Part shown: in pieces, positions 29,601 through 42,481 of the stretch
How positions within the stretch are numbered: position 1 is the stretch's first letter
Layout of the letters: each line of letters opens with the position of its first letter
Source of the DNA: Macrostomum lignano
Taxonomy: Eukaryota
Direction of reading: 5' to 3'
NCBI GenBank assembly: GCA_002269645.1
Contig: NIVC01000923.1
Location: 1-64,000 of the forward strand
DNA: 64,000 bases
Position numbers and translations under genes: made by a program
Notes under the pieces: generated by a model
What the model saw: the letters and a program-made list of their open reading frames with translations, nothing else
Told to the model about the DNA's origin: nothing
The model's database searches: none

Positions 29601-31064
29601 TCAATGTTGAAGGCATTTGACGAGGAGACTTCGAAGGGGAGACCTGTAAGACTGTGGGGGCTTCTTGAGACTTTAAAGACTCTTAGGGATGAGACCTCAA
29701 GGGGGGTTGACATGAGCAAGACAGTGAGTCATTCTGCAGTCGCTTCATCAGTTTAATCAAAGTTAACATTCAAACGAGGCTCGATCTGCAGGACATCGAG
29801 TGGATGGTTCAGGCAGAACATTCTGACCTGTGCTTGGTTAAAGTTAGTCCTGCATGCAAAGAAAGCGAAAGTTAATGATGAAATAAATTTTCGAGTGTTC
29901 TGAGGGAAACGTATTGCTCAATTACGTGGCCAGGAGTGGTAAAGCAATTAGCATTCTTTGGCCTGATTTGCGGCCCCAGCGCAAGGAATCCTATAGTCAT
30001 TAGGATTTGTCGTTATCTCATCAAAAAGATTTCTGTTGAGTTCCTAACCTTAGGGTCCTGTCTCCCTTGTTAGGGATTCTTCCCGATGCCCCAATAAAGA
30101 ATTGCACCGCGCCCAGCAGCCAACCCAAGGAGGCCGAGAGACAGGAACTGGAGTCACAACGTCTCCCAACCCCTCCCCTTTTCAGACGACTGTAGGCTGA
30201 CTGCTGTTCTTTAGTTTACACACTAAAACGATCACAACATCTGTCTGCCTAATCTGTAGGCCTATAGCTACAGATTTTCTGTCTGCCCTGGGCTTACTAC
30301 GCAGCCTACAGTGTTGTCTATGGCCGATGGCGAAGGCAACGAAGGGAAAAGTACAACGACAATCAAGCTTATAGTAACTGCTACAGGCCTTTTGAGCCGA
30401 CGAGAATGCGTCGGAATCGTCCACCATCCTGACACCGCTTGTCATCTGATGCACCCTGACCGCATGGCTTTTCTCTTCTTGGTTGCACGTCTTCTGATGT
30501 CAGCCTACGTTGCCTAAAGATGATTTGGTTTGTGGGAGACCCGCAAGCGATCCAGCATCCCGTTCCAGACCTTCTTGTGTAAAGCTACCGGGCATAAATT
30601 TATCCTTTCATCAATGTTAACTTTTGCGCGTGCCAAGGTAATTTACATCCCCGGCCAATGCAGTTCCTAGATGAAAAGCTGAAATACCGAATATGATTTT
30701 ATCTGGCCATACATTCGGCCATTGTTGATTTCTTTATGGCTCCTGACTAGTGTGGTAGCAGGTTGGTGGCTTATTAGCAATAGTGCCAGAAAATATATCA
30801 TCAAGAATTTGTTTAAGTACGTCGCGGGGCGCAATATATTACCACTGCGCAGTTCTTATCTTGCACTGTCTATACCTGTATTTTGGCGTTCAAAGAGCTG
30901 TCTGCGCGGCACTTCAAAAATTTGAGAAAAAATATGCAGAGAGATTTAACGCGAAATTCCAGAGTCGCTGCGTCGTCTGACTCGGGGCTTGCATGATTTC
31001 ATAGTCAATACTGCATTTTATGTGCCATTTTGTCCTGCGTTGGTATGAATATTGTTTACACAGA

Positions 31065-31590
31065 GACAGACACGATTACACAGAAACAGAAATGACTGCA
31101 CAGAGAGAGCTGACTACACAGACAGACATGACTACACAGACAGACATGACTACACAGACAGACATGACTACACAGACAGACATGATTACACAGAAACAGA
31201 AATGACTGCACAGACAGACATGACTGCACAGACAGACATGACTACACAGACAGACATGACTACACAGACAGACATGACTACACAGACAGACATGACTACA
31301 CAGACAGACATGACTACACAGACAGACATGACTACACAGACAGACATGACTACACAGACAGACATGATTACACAGAAACAGAAATGACTGCACAGACAGA
31401 CATGACTACACAGACAGACATGACTACACAGACAGACATGACTACACAGACAGACATGATTTCACAGACAGACATGATTTCACAGACGCAGGCATTATTA
31501 CACAGACGCAGACATTATTACACAGACGCAGACATTATTACACAGACGCAGACATTATTACACAGACGCAGACATTATTACACAGACGCA
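31065..31590. repeat. 18-bp tandem repeat CACAGACAGACATGACTA grading into CACAGACGCAGACATTATTA
   Basis: About 28 copies with block variants. Confidence 0.95.
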
Positions 31591-31959
31591 TTACTACAAG
31601 CGGACACGGTTCAACGAAAGTGCTGGGAAATTTTCCTGTCCAACGAAGCCAAGTTTGTCACTCGAACGCGACATCAGTGAAACTAGCCCTTGTACTTTAA
31701 TTTTCGTTTAAATTTTCGAGGGGTAAGTTGCAACATCCATGGTGAAGGCCGGCTGTCGGGTGTGTACACTGACGGCATTAAATTTCAAGCTGGCCGCCAA
31801 ATATCGAAAAGGATTGAGATTTTAAAGTAGGCTTCCAATTGCGACTATTAAAGTGCATAAACCTTGGACACGGTATTGAAGTCAAATGCAGTTAACTTCA
31901 GATTCTCTGCTATAAAACGTTGGATAGAAAAAGTCCAATATTTATTGCTAATACAGAGA

Positions 31960-32290
31960 TTAGTGACACGAAATTACAGAAATTAGTGACACAAAATTAC
32001 AGAAATTAGTGACACAAAATTACAGAAATTAGTGACACGAAATTACAGAAATTAGTGACACAAAATTACAGAAATTAGTGACACGAAATTACAGAAATTA
32101 GTGACACAAAATTACAGAAATTAGTGACACGAAATTACAGAAATTAGTGACACAAAATTACAGAAATTAGTGACGCCAAAGTACAGAAATTAGGGACACC
32201 AAAGTACAGAAATTAGGGACACCAAAGTACAGAAATTAGGGACACCAAAGTACAGAAATTAGGGACACCAAATTACAGAAATTAGTGACG
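31960..32290. repeat. 23-bp tandem repeat CAGAAATTAGTGACACAAAATTA
   Basis: About 14 copies. Confidence 0.95.
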
Positions 32291-33699
32291 CCAAAAATGT
32301 CACGTTAATATTGCTTAGCAACTTTTACCCCACAGTCAGGCAGTTAAACATTTCTTCAGCCTTAAACTCTGCGTCGACATATCCAGAATCTGGCACAAAA
32401 TCCTTCATGCCTCCTCGTTATCCCTGGTCGCTTTCGGGAGTTAATTTGGTCCTCTATTTCCGACGAGCCAATCACGGGGGGGGGGATTTACTGATCTGGC
32501 GTCTCTCAGATCCTGCATGCCTGGCCTACACTATTGTGGGTGCTGGAGAAGTATTAGGTAGGCAAAATGACCAAAAGGCTACCGGCAATTATCTATCTTG
32601 TAGGTATACTGTATATTTTATAGCATTAGATTGGGCGCATATGATCTCGAGAAGCTGGGGCAGTTGGGGCAGAAATAAAATACGGGTTTCAATTTCGCAG
32701 CTGACCCTACACGCGTTCAAGGGTCTGACGTTCTGGTCCTCGGGTTTTACTCAATCTGCCCGAGTCCCAGTGTGGGGCGGTTGCAGAATTAATAATCAAA
32801 TCTGAGGGGCCAGGCCCGGCTAGAGGCGCCCCGATCCGAGCCAACTGCGAACCAAATCGGACCAAAAATAATTGAAAGAGAGGAAAGTTTATTTTTGAGA
32901 AGGCCGCGTGCTCAGGAACTGATAAAGAAACGCGTTCAATATTTGCCCAAGTCCCATTCAACTATTGCTTGAGCGTCACATTTTCTTTGCCTGCGTGTTT
33001 CTTTTTACGAAAACTACATGGCCGAGAATCTACCGTCTAAAGAATTTTTTATATTAACTATCTATCTATCTACTATCAAAGGATTCTTACTTTGAAAATT
33101 TAGATACAACGATAAAGTGCAAAAAAGTGCCGCTTTGAATGCTTTCACAGTCGACCAATTGTGGAAACAGGTTGGTTGTCATGCATCTACCGCCGCACAT
33201 CAATTCCAATGCTCCGACGACTTGTCAATACATTTTTACGATACACAGAATTTCAATATTGCGTCGAGAGGGACTTCAGTTAAACAACAGCTGGTGCGAC
33301 TGTTTTTTGACAATAAAGCCGAAACGGAGCGGAGAGGAGTGCTGCTACATGGATGACTATACTCCATCAAACTGTTGGGAGGAGCGGCGTTCAATGCGCC
33401 ACTCTCTCACCTAGAGTTAAAACTGTCTCTTGCAAGGTTCCACTTCTGATTGCAACCCCGGGTGGAGATGTTGGTGGATGATATATAGAGAGGCCAAAAG
33501 TGCTGCTGCTGTTACTGTTGCTAATCCGACGCAAGGAATGCCATCAACATGGCTGCGTTTTGGTGCAAACCGAGCGAGCGCGTGTGACACTTCGAAATTT
33601 CGAAAAAAAATTGCTTGCGCAGAGAGACACTTGCGCAGTTTTTAAGGGGAGGAACGCATTTCATTTTAACCGATTCCAACACTTTTTGTAAAAATAATA

Positions 33700-33799
33700 A
33701 CAAAATTCTGGACCCCAAATCCCAGGATCGGAACTCTCGGGATTTGGGCCCAGTCCTAGGATTTCGTGATCCCGGGATCCCGGGATTGGAATCCCTAGT
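33700..33799 (+). mobile_element. Probable solo DNA-transposon terminus: perfect 18-bp palindrome followed by ...ATCCCTAG
   Basis: ATCCCGGGATCCCGGGAT at 33769-33786 is a perfect palindrome; CTAG|T lies at 33795-33799. No matching left end was seen. Confidence 0.45.
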
Positions 33800-33949
33800 T
33801 ATGAGCAAAGCATATGTATTCTTAGACGACTAGCAGTTCAACTGAGTTCTTAGCACCCGCTTTCTATCTTAGCTGTTCTGTTATTTTTAACAGATTCTAA
33901 TAAATTTAATGATTTAATAAAGGGGCCTATCAAAAGCCAAAAGTCCTAA

Positions 33950-34290
33950 GCTAGATAGAATGGAGTGGTGGCTTTGTGTCTGATAGTCAGAGACGGAATA
34001 AGATGGGGTGGTGGGTTTTTGCACGATAGCCAGAAGCGGAATAAGATGGGGTAGTGGGTTTGTGCACGATAGCCAGGGGTGGCGGGTTGGCGGGTTTGTG
34101 CCCGAAAGCCTGAGATAGAAAAACATGGGGTGGCGGGTTTGTGCCCGAAAGCCTGAGATAGAAAAACATGGGGTTGTGGTTTTGTGCGCAATAGCCAGAG
34201 GTAGAAAAACATGGCTGGGGTGATGCGTTCGAGCGCTCGATAGTCAAAAAGCGGAATAAAATGGGGTGGTGGGTTTGTGCGCGATAGTTA
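33950..34290. repeat. Degenerate ~44-bp repeat (ATAGCCAG..ATGGGGTGG..GGTTTGTGC)
   Basis: About 7 imperfect copies. Confidence 0.7.
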
Positions 34291-35168
34291 GAAGCTATCT
34301 TTTTCGATATAGCTGTAAATGAAGTAGTGATTATAGTGATTAAACCATTTTAGCTAGCTGTCAGATGATATATTTTTTAGGATATTGTAGACGACGGTGT
34401 GTTTAAGTTCCTAAACGCACTCATTAATATGATAGCTGATCAATTTACAGGCATCTGCGGTTGCCACTAACAAGGGCAGTCCAGTTTCGAGTCCACTTAA
34501 TAAGAGAAAGCCAAAGAGCGGAAGCTTATAATTATATATCCTGAAACGACTAATGAACAGATGATTCGGTATCGTAATGTACTAGACCTGAGCTTATTTG
34601 GCTAAACATCTGTCAATGCTCTGCCCCATCTGAATCTGTTTCGCCCTAGAGTATTAATAGGTGTGAGTTTCGTTATTGGAGCTATAAAATAGAGTTGTTA
34701 ATGCTTTTAATGATATCAGAGACAAAATTTTCCATTTCGATGAAAGAATACCCATTCTGTTAGGTAAAAATAGTGCTTTTCCAATATTTGACAAGTTTAT
34801 TTTGAAATATTTCTAACAAGCATTGATGTTAATCTGTCCACTGAACTGAAAAATATAAGATCCCATACCCTAGAATCAGTAATCTGACTAAGACCCCATA
34901 CTTTAGAATCTGTATCTGACTAGGATCATTTACCCACAGTCTTCAATCCAGATTCATATTCCTAGAATAGATTATTCAAGGACAACTAAAAATTTGCCTA
35001 TGGCTTGACTCGGGCCAATTCAGACCAGTATGTCTATGGCCAAAACTATCAAAAGAGGGCATTGATAAGCGTCGTTAACGCGCAGTATTATTTTAACCGT
35101 ATCTGCTATAAAGAGCTAAAACATGGTTTGATTTCTTAGAAACATCGCAAACGGTTAAATCCGTCGCC

Positions 35169-38100
35169 ATGACAACAAGAAAGAATCGATCGGCAGTCAT
35201 ACCGGTCGACGGCGCATCAAAGTCGGCATCAAAGAGGAGTGCCCGGCTACTAGCCACCCGATGCGGCAATCGGATCTACTTCACCATCGCGGACATCCCG
35301 CCACCAAGTCTGCTGTCGCTGCGACCGCTCCAGCCGAGGCGGTGGAGTCTGAAATCCTTCGACAAGAGCCGGAGTTCGAATTCGTTGCAGGGATCGCCAC
35401 GCAGCGATCGAGCCGAGTCCGAAAAAATTGTCCTGGTGACGGCCAAGCGGTGGACTGTGAGCTGTTTGACCAGCGCCCTGGCCTCCGCTAGACCCGATAG
35501 GTAGGTAGCGGCTTTGGCCATTGAGTAGCGTCTGGATGGAGTGAGAGCGACTGAGATGGAGTGAGAGTGACTGAGATGGAGTGAGAGTGACTGAGATGGA
35601 GTTAGAGTGAATGAGATGGAATGAGAGTGACTGAGATGGAGTGAGAGTGACTGAGATGGAATGAGAGTGACTGAGATGGAGTGAGAGTGACTGAGTTGGA
35701 GCGAGATTGACTGAGATGGAATGAGAGTGACTGAGATGGAGTGAGAGAGATGGAGTGAGAGTGACTGAGATGGAGTGAGAGAGATGGAGTGAGAGTGACT
35801 GAGATGCAGTTAGAGCGACTGAGATGGAGTGAGAGTGACTGAGATGGGTGAGAGTGACTGAGATAGAGCGAGAGTGACTGAGATAGAGTTAGAGTGAATG
35901 AGATGGAGTTAGAGTGACTGAGATGGAGTGAGAGAGATGGAGTGAGAGTGACTGAGATGCAGTTAGAGCGACTGAGATGGAGTGAGAGTGACTGAGATGG
36001 GTGAGAGTGACTGAGATAGAGCGAGAGTGACTGAGATAGAGTTAGAGTGAATGAGATGGAGTTAGAGTGACTGAGATGGAGTGAGAGTGACTGAGATGGA
36101 ATGAGAGTGACTGAGATGGAGAGAGAGTGACTGAGTTGGAGCGAGAGTGACTGAGATGGAATGAGAGTGACTGAGATGGAGTGAGAGAGATGGAGTGAGA
36201 GTGACTGAGATGGAGTTAAAGTGAATGAGATGGAGTGAGAGAGATGGAGTTAGAGTGACTGAGATGGAATGAGAGTGACTGAGATGGAGTGATAGTGACT
36301 GAGATGGAGTGAGAGTGACTGAGATGGAGTGAGAGTGACTGAGATGGAGTGAGAGTGACTGAGATAGAGCTAGAGTGACTGAGATAGAGCGAGAGTGACT
36401 GAGATGGAGTTAAAGTGAATGAGATGGAGTTAGAGAGATGGAGTTAGAGTGACTGAGATGGAGTGAGAGCGACTGAGATGGAGTGAGAGTGACTGAGATG
36501 GAGTTAGAGTGACTGAGATACAGCTAGAGTGACTGAGATAGAGCGAGACTGACTGAGATGGAGTTAGAGTGACTGAGATGGAATGAGAGTGACTGAGATG
36601 GAGTGATAGTGACTGAGATGGAGTGAGAGTGACTGAGATGGAGTGAGAGTGACTGAGATGGAGTGAGAGTGACTGAGATAGAGCTAGAGTGACTGAGATA
36701 GAGCGAGAGTGACTGAGATGGAGTTAAAGTGAATGAGATGGAGTTAGAGAGATGGAGTTAGAGTGACTGAGATGGAGTGAGAGCGACTGAGATGGAGTGA
36801 GAGTGACTGAGATGGAGTTAGAGTGACTGAGATACAGCTAGAGTGACTGAGATAGAGCGAGACTGACTGAGATGGAGTTAGAGTGACTGAGATGGAGTGA
36901 GAGTGACTGAGATGGAATGAGAGTGACTGAGATGGAGTGAGAGTGACTGAGATGGAGTGAGAGTGACTGAGATGGAGTGAGAGTGACTGAGATGGAGTGA
37001 GAGTGACTGAGATGGAGTGAGAGTGACTGAGATGGAGTGAGAGTGACTGAGATGGGTGAGAGTGACTGAGATGGGTGAGAGTGACTGAGATGGAGTGAGA
37101 GTGACTGAGATGGGTGAGAGTGACTGAGATGGGTGAGAGTGACTGAGATGGAGTGAGAGTGACTGAGATGGAGTGAGAGTGACTGAGAGGGAGTGAGAGT
37201 GACTGAGATGGGTGAGAGTGACTGAGATGGGTGAGAGTGACTGAGATGGAGTGAGAGTGACTGAGATGGAGTGAGAGTGACTGAGAGGGAGTGAGAGTGA
37301 CTGAGATGGGTGAGAGTGACTGAGATGGAGTTAGAGTGACTGAGATGGAGTGAGAGTGACTGAGATGGAATGAGAGTGACTGAGATGGAGAGAGAGTGAC
37401 TGAGTTGGAGCGAGAGTGACTGAGATGGAATGAGAGTGACTGAGATGGAGTGAGAGAGATGGAGTGAGAGTGACTGAGATGGAGTTAAAGTGAATGAGAT
37501 GGAGTGAGAGAGATGGAGTTAGAGTGACTGAGATGGAATGAGAGTGACTGAGATGGAGTGATAGTGACTGAGATGGAGTGAGAGTGACTGAGATGGAGTG
37601 AGAGTGACTGAGATGGAGTGAGAGTGACTGAGATAGAGCTAGAGTGACTGAGATAGAGCGAGAGTGACTGAGATGGAGTTAAAGTGAATGAGATGGAGTT
37701 AGAGAGATGGAGTTAGAGTGACTGAGATGGAGTGAGAGCGACTGAGATGGAGTGAGAGTGACTGAGATGGAGTTAGAGTGACTGAGATACAGCTAGAGTG
37801 ACTGAGATAGAGCGAGAGTGACTGAGATGGAGTTAGAGTGACTGAGATGGAGTGAGAGTGACTGAGATGGAATGAGAGTGACTGAGATGGAGTGAGAGTG
37901 ACTGAGATGGAGTGAGAGTGACTGAGATGGAGTGAGAGCGACTGAGATGGAGTGAGAGTGACTGAGATGGGTGAGAGTGACTGAGATGGGTGAGAGTGAC
38001 TGAGATGGAGTGAGAGTGACTGAGATGGGTGAGAGTGACTGAGATGGGTGAGAGTGACTGAGATGGAGTGAGAGTGACTGAGATGGAGTGAGAGTGACTG

Positions 38101-40478
38101 AGATGGAGAGAGAGTGACTGAGATGGGTGAGAGTGACTGAGATGGAGTGAGAGTGACTGAGATGGAGTGAGAGAGTCAGTGGGTGAGAGTGACTGAGATG
38201 AAGTAAGAGTGACTGAGATGGAGTGAGAGTGACTGAGATGGAGTGAGAATGACTGAGATGGAGTGAGAGAGTCAGTGGGTGAGAGTGACTGAGATGGAGT
38301 GAGAGTGACTGAGATGGAGTGAGAGTGACTGAGATGGAGTGAGAGTGACTGAGATGGAGTGAGAGTGACTGAGATGGGTGAGAGTGACTGAGATGGGTGA
38401 GAGTGACTGAGATGGAGTGAGAGCGACTGAGATGGAGTGAGAGTGACTGAGATGGGTGAGAGTGACTGAGATGGGTGAGAGTGACTGAGATGGAGTGAGA
38501 GTGACTGAGATGGAGTGAGAGTGACTGAGATGGAGTGAGAGTGACTGAGATGGAGTGAGAGTGACTGAGATGGAGTGAGAGTGACTGAGAGGGAGTGAGA
38601 GTGACTGAGATGGGTGAGAGTGACTGAGATGAAGTAAGAGTGACTGAGATGGAGTGAGAGTGACTGAGATGGGTGAGAATGACTGAGATGAAGTGAGAGT
38701 GACTGAGATGGAGTGAGAGTGAGAATGACTGAGATGGAGTGAGAGTGACTGAGATGGAGTGAGAGTGACTGAGATGAATTAAGAGTGACTGAGATGGAGT
38801 GAGAGTGACTGAGATGGAGTGAGAGTGACTGAGATGAAGTAAGAGTGACTGAGATGGAGTGAGAGTGACTGAGATGGAGTGAGAGTGAGAATGACTGAGA
38901 TGGAGTGAGAGAGATGGAGTTAGAGTGTCGGAGATAGTCTGAGTGGCTGAGATGGAGTGAGAGTGACTGAGATGGGTGAGAATGATTGAGATGAAGTGAG
39001 AGTGACTGAGGTGGGTGAGAGTGACTGAGATGAAGTAAGAGTGACTAAGATGAAGTGAGAGTGACTGAGATGGAGTGAGAGTGACTGAGATGAAGTGAGA
39101 GTGACTGAGATGGAGTGAGAGTGACTGAGATGGAGTGAGAGTGACTGAGATGGAGTGAGAGTGACTGAGATTGAGTTAGAGTGACTGAGATGGTGGAGTG
39201 AGAGTGACTGAGATGGTGGAGTGAGAGTGACTGAGATGAAGTAAGAGTGACTGAGATGGAGTGAGAATGACTGAGATGGAGTGAGAGAGATGGAGTTAGA
39301 GTGTCGGAGATAGTCTGAGTGACTGAGATTGAGTTAGAGTGACTGAGATGGTGGAGTGAGAGTGACTGAGATGGTGGAGTGAGAGTGACTAAGATGGTGG
39401 AGTGAGAGTGACTGAGATGAAGTAAGAGTGACTGAGATGGAGTGAGAATGACAGAGATGGAGTGAGAGAGATGGAGTTTGAGTGTCGGAGATAGTCTGAG
39501 TGACTGAGATTGAGTTAGAGTGACTGAGATGGTGGAGTGAGAGTGACTGAGATGGTGGAGTGAGAGTGACTGAGATGAAGTAAGAGTGACTGAGATGGAG
39601 TGAGAATGACTGAGATGGAGTGAGAGAGATGGAGTTAAAGTGTCGGAGATAGTCTGAGTGACTGAGATTGAGTTAGAGTGACTGAGATGGTGGAGTGAGA
39701 GTGACTGAGATGAAGTAAGAGTGACTGAGATGGAGTGAGAATGACTGAGATGGAGTGAGAGAGATGGAGTTAGAGTGTCGGAGATAGTCTGAGTGACTGA
39801 GATTGAGTTAGAGTGACTGAGATGGTGGAGTGAGAGTGACTGAGATGGTGGAGTGAGAGTGACTAAGATGGTGGAGTGAGAGTGACTGAGATGAAGTAAG
39901 AGTGACTGAGATGGAGTGAGAATGACAGAGATGGAGTGAGAGAGATGGAGTTTGAGTGTCGGAGATAGTCTGAGTGGCTGAGATGGAGTGAGAGTGACTA
40001 GGCTGGAGTGTTAATGTCTGGGAATTACTGATGACATCCCAGTAACCGACGTGAACGCCAGAGAAGCTAATAAACTATTCGCTGCAAACAATCTAACAGC
40101 CTCACGGCCGCGGCAGAAATTTGGAGCAAGCCGGAGTTTCGAGGCGACCAGAAGTTTCAGCAGCGTCGACGGAGGCGACGACGTAGACGGAGGCGCTCGC
40201 AACAACTACAACAACAACAACAACAACAAAAACAACAACAACAACAACAGCAGCAGCAGCAACAACAACAACAACAGCATCAGCAGCAGCAACCGCTGAA
40301 AAAGTCAAGCGAAAGCCAGTACCTGGTGCTGGAGCCGCATCAGGAGGAGGATCACGTAAGTCCCGACAGCGGAAATACCAGCAGCGAAGCAGTTTTACCA
40401 AGCAGGACTTACTACACCAGCATTCGACGCTTGAGAAGAGACCGACAAAAGTTCGAATTGTCAGCTGATCAGAGCTGA
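35169..40478 (+). CDS. Putative two-exon orphan protein (236 aa) with an Arg10 tract followed by poly-Gln
   Basis: Exon 1 is 35169-35500 (ATG in GCCATGA context; donor AG|GTAGGT, phase 2). Exon 2 is 40100-40478 (acceptor CTAACAG, phase 2) and reads LTAAAEIWSKPEFRGDQKFQQRRRRRRRRRRSQQLQQQ..PLKKSSESQYLVLEPHQEEDHVSPDSGN..stop. Both exons are GC-rich against an AT-rich background. No recognisable domain. Confidence 0.55.
35530..40005 (+). repeat. 4.5-kb 20-bp minisatellite GAGAGTGACTGAGATGGAGT with higher-order structure
   Basis: Roughly 220 copies filling the putative orphan-gene intron. Confidence 0.97.
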
Positions 40479-40769
40479 TTAGGCCGGTGAAAATCTTTAT
40501 TTACTGAATTGTTTTCCAATGAAAAATCGGTCACGTTCATATCATCCAGATTATTAACGAAGGGCAGCGCGCATAGTTTTGAGTCTCTTGATGACTATAT
40601 GCCCGAGTTATTTTCCGAAAATTATACCTTGGAACAGTGCGACCGAAATTTATTTTGATTTTTGCAACACTGCAGTTTCCAGTTGAATGCGCGTTGTGCT
40701 TTGTCTAAATGATTTATCAAATTGGAAAGAAATAGCTTTCCTTGAGTTACGATGCTATGCGATTTTGGG

Positions 40770-41450
40770 AGACTTCAATTTTTTAGCGGTGACCTTGAAC
40801 TGGTTAAAGTCGCTTTGGGTTAGAGATTTTCCATTTTCTATTGGTGACCTTGAAAACTGGTTAAAGTCGCTCTGAGTTGGGGATTTTCCATTTTCTATTG
40901 GTGACCTTGAAAACTGGTTAACGTCGCTATGATTTGGGGATTTTCCATTTTCTATCGGTGACCTTGAACTGGTTAAGGTCGCCATGAGTTGGGGATTTCC
41001 CATTTTCTATTGGTGACCTTAAAAACTGGTTAAAGTCGCTCTGAGTTGGGGATTTTCCATTTTCTATTGGTGACCTTGAAAACTGGTTAAAGTCACTCTG
41101 AGTTGGGGATTTCCCATTTCCTATTGGTGACCTTGAAAACTGGTTAAAGTCGCTCTGAGTTGGGGATTTTCCATTTTCTATTGGTGACCTCGAAAACTGG
41201 TTAAAGTCGCTCTGAGTTTGGGATTTCCCATTTTCTATCGGTGACCTTGAAAACTGGTTAAAGTCGCTCTGAGTTGGGGATTTCCCATTTTCTATCGGTG
41301 ACCTTGAAAACTGGTTAAAGTCGCTCTGAGTTGGGGATTTTCCATTTTCTATTGGTGACCTTGAACTGGTAAGGGTCGCTCTGAGTTGGGGATTTTCCAT
41401 TTTCTATTGGTGACCTTGAACTGGTTAAAATTGCTCTGAGTGGAGTTTTT
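40770..41450. repeat. 57-bp minisatellite TGGTTAAAGTCGCTCTGAGTTGGGGATTTTCCATTTTCTATTGGTGACCTTGAAAAC
   Basis: About 12 copies; the source of ORFs 40755-41587. Confidence 0.95.
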
Positions 41451-42481
41451 CCATTCGGGTGACCTTGAAGTGGTTTGAAGGTAATTTGAATTGGGGATTT
41501 TTCATGTGCTAAGCGGTGAAGTTGAAGTTGGTTAAAGCCACTTTGAGTGGGGTACCAGTTGAAGCTACAGTAAAAAGATTCGCACAATTCATTTTGGGAA
41601 CATTGAACTGTACCTATTTAACCAAACGCACAAGAAACGTCTCGACTAGAATCAATAATTAATATGATGAACATCCAATCGTGTATTTCAACTGCTTACT
41701 GCTCAATTGGGCTTGCAGTACATTGTAAATCAAAGCGGCATATAACCCAAAACGTCTAGAAGAGCTTGCATGTTACAAAGGAAACTGTGACAGGCATAAT
41801 GCATTTCATAAAATAATTTTGAAAGCAATCAGTGTAATGCAAATATCGGGATTGAATCATAAACAAAATGATAAACAAAATAAGTTCTTTTATTAAAAAT
41901 GGCAGTGGCATTAGCTAGACTTTAAAAATTAATGGGCTGTAGAAAAAATTAACAAAATAACTAGAATTTACAAGAAAATTTGAAACTATGAAATCGTATT
42001 TTAAATCTGAAAATAAAAGAATGAGAATCTTAAGATAGTTTAATAAACAGTGGAACTGAAATAGTCATTTTTAACAAAGCAATTGTTTTATTTAAAGTGC
42101 AAGAAGTCCTTTATAAAGCTAATAGCTAAACAGACTCTTACTAGTGAAAAGTATAGAAATCAGAACTCTCTGCGACAACTTCTTTCAAGTTTTATGGGTA
42201 GGATAGCTTTTCGAAAATTACAAACAATTCAATGCGGGGATGACAGACTATTGATTAATGAGTAGTAGTACGTAGTGTTACTTATTTTGTTTTTTACTTG
42301 TTTAAATTGAAAACTCACTATTTATCAGTGGGCGTTAGAAATCAAGGACAGACGTTCAATTGTAGAACTGTAAACTATTTAATGACTTCAACAAAGCGAT
42401 ACAGGACTATGTGGAACCCAACTGATTAAACACGGTGGAAAAAGTGTTAGAAAGCAATATGCGAAAAGTTTCCAAGATTAG

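Noticed and set aside
26560-33660. Short ORFs in GC-richer patches at 26.6-27.5, 30.2-30.5, 32.3-33.0 and 33.1-33.7 kb
   Set aside because: No recognisable motifs and no consistent splice chain; probably decayed repeats, which I cannot assign without a search.
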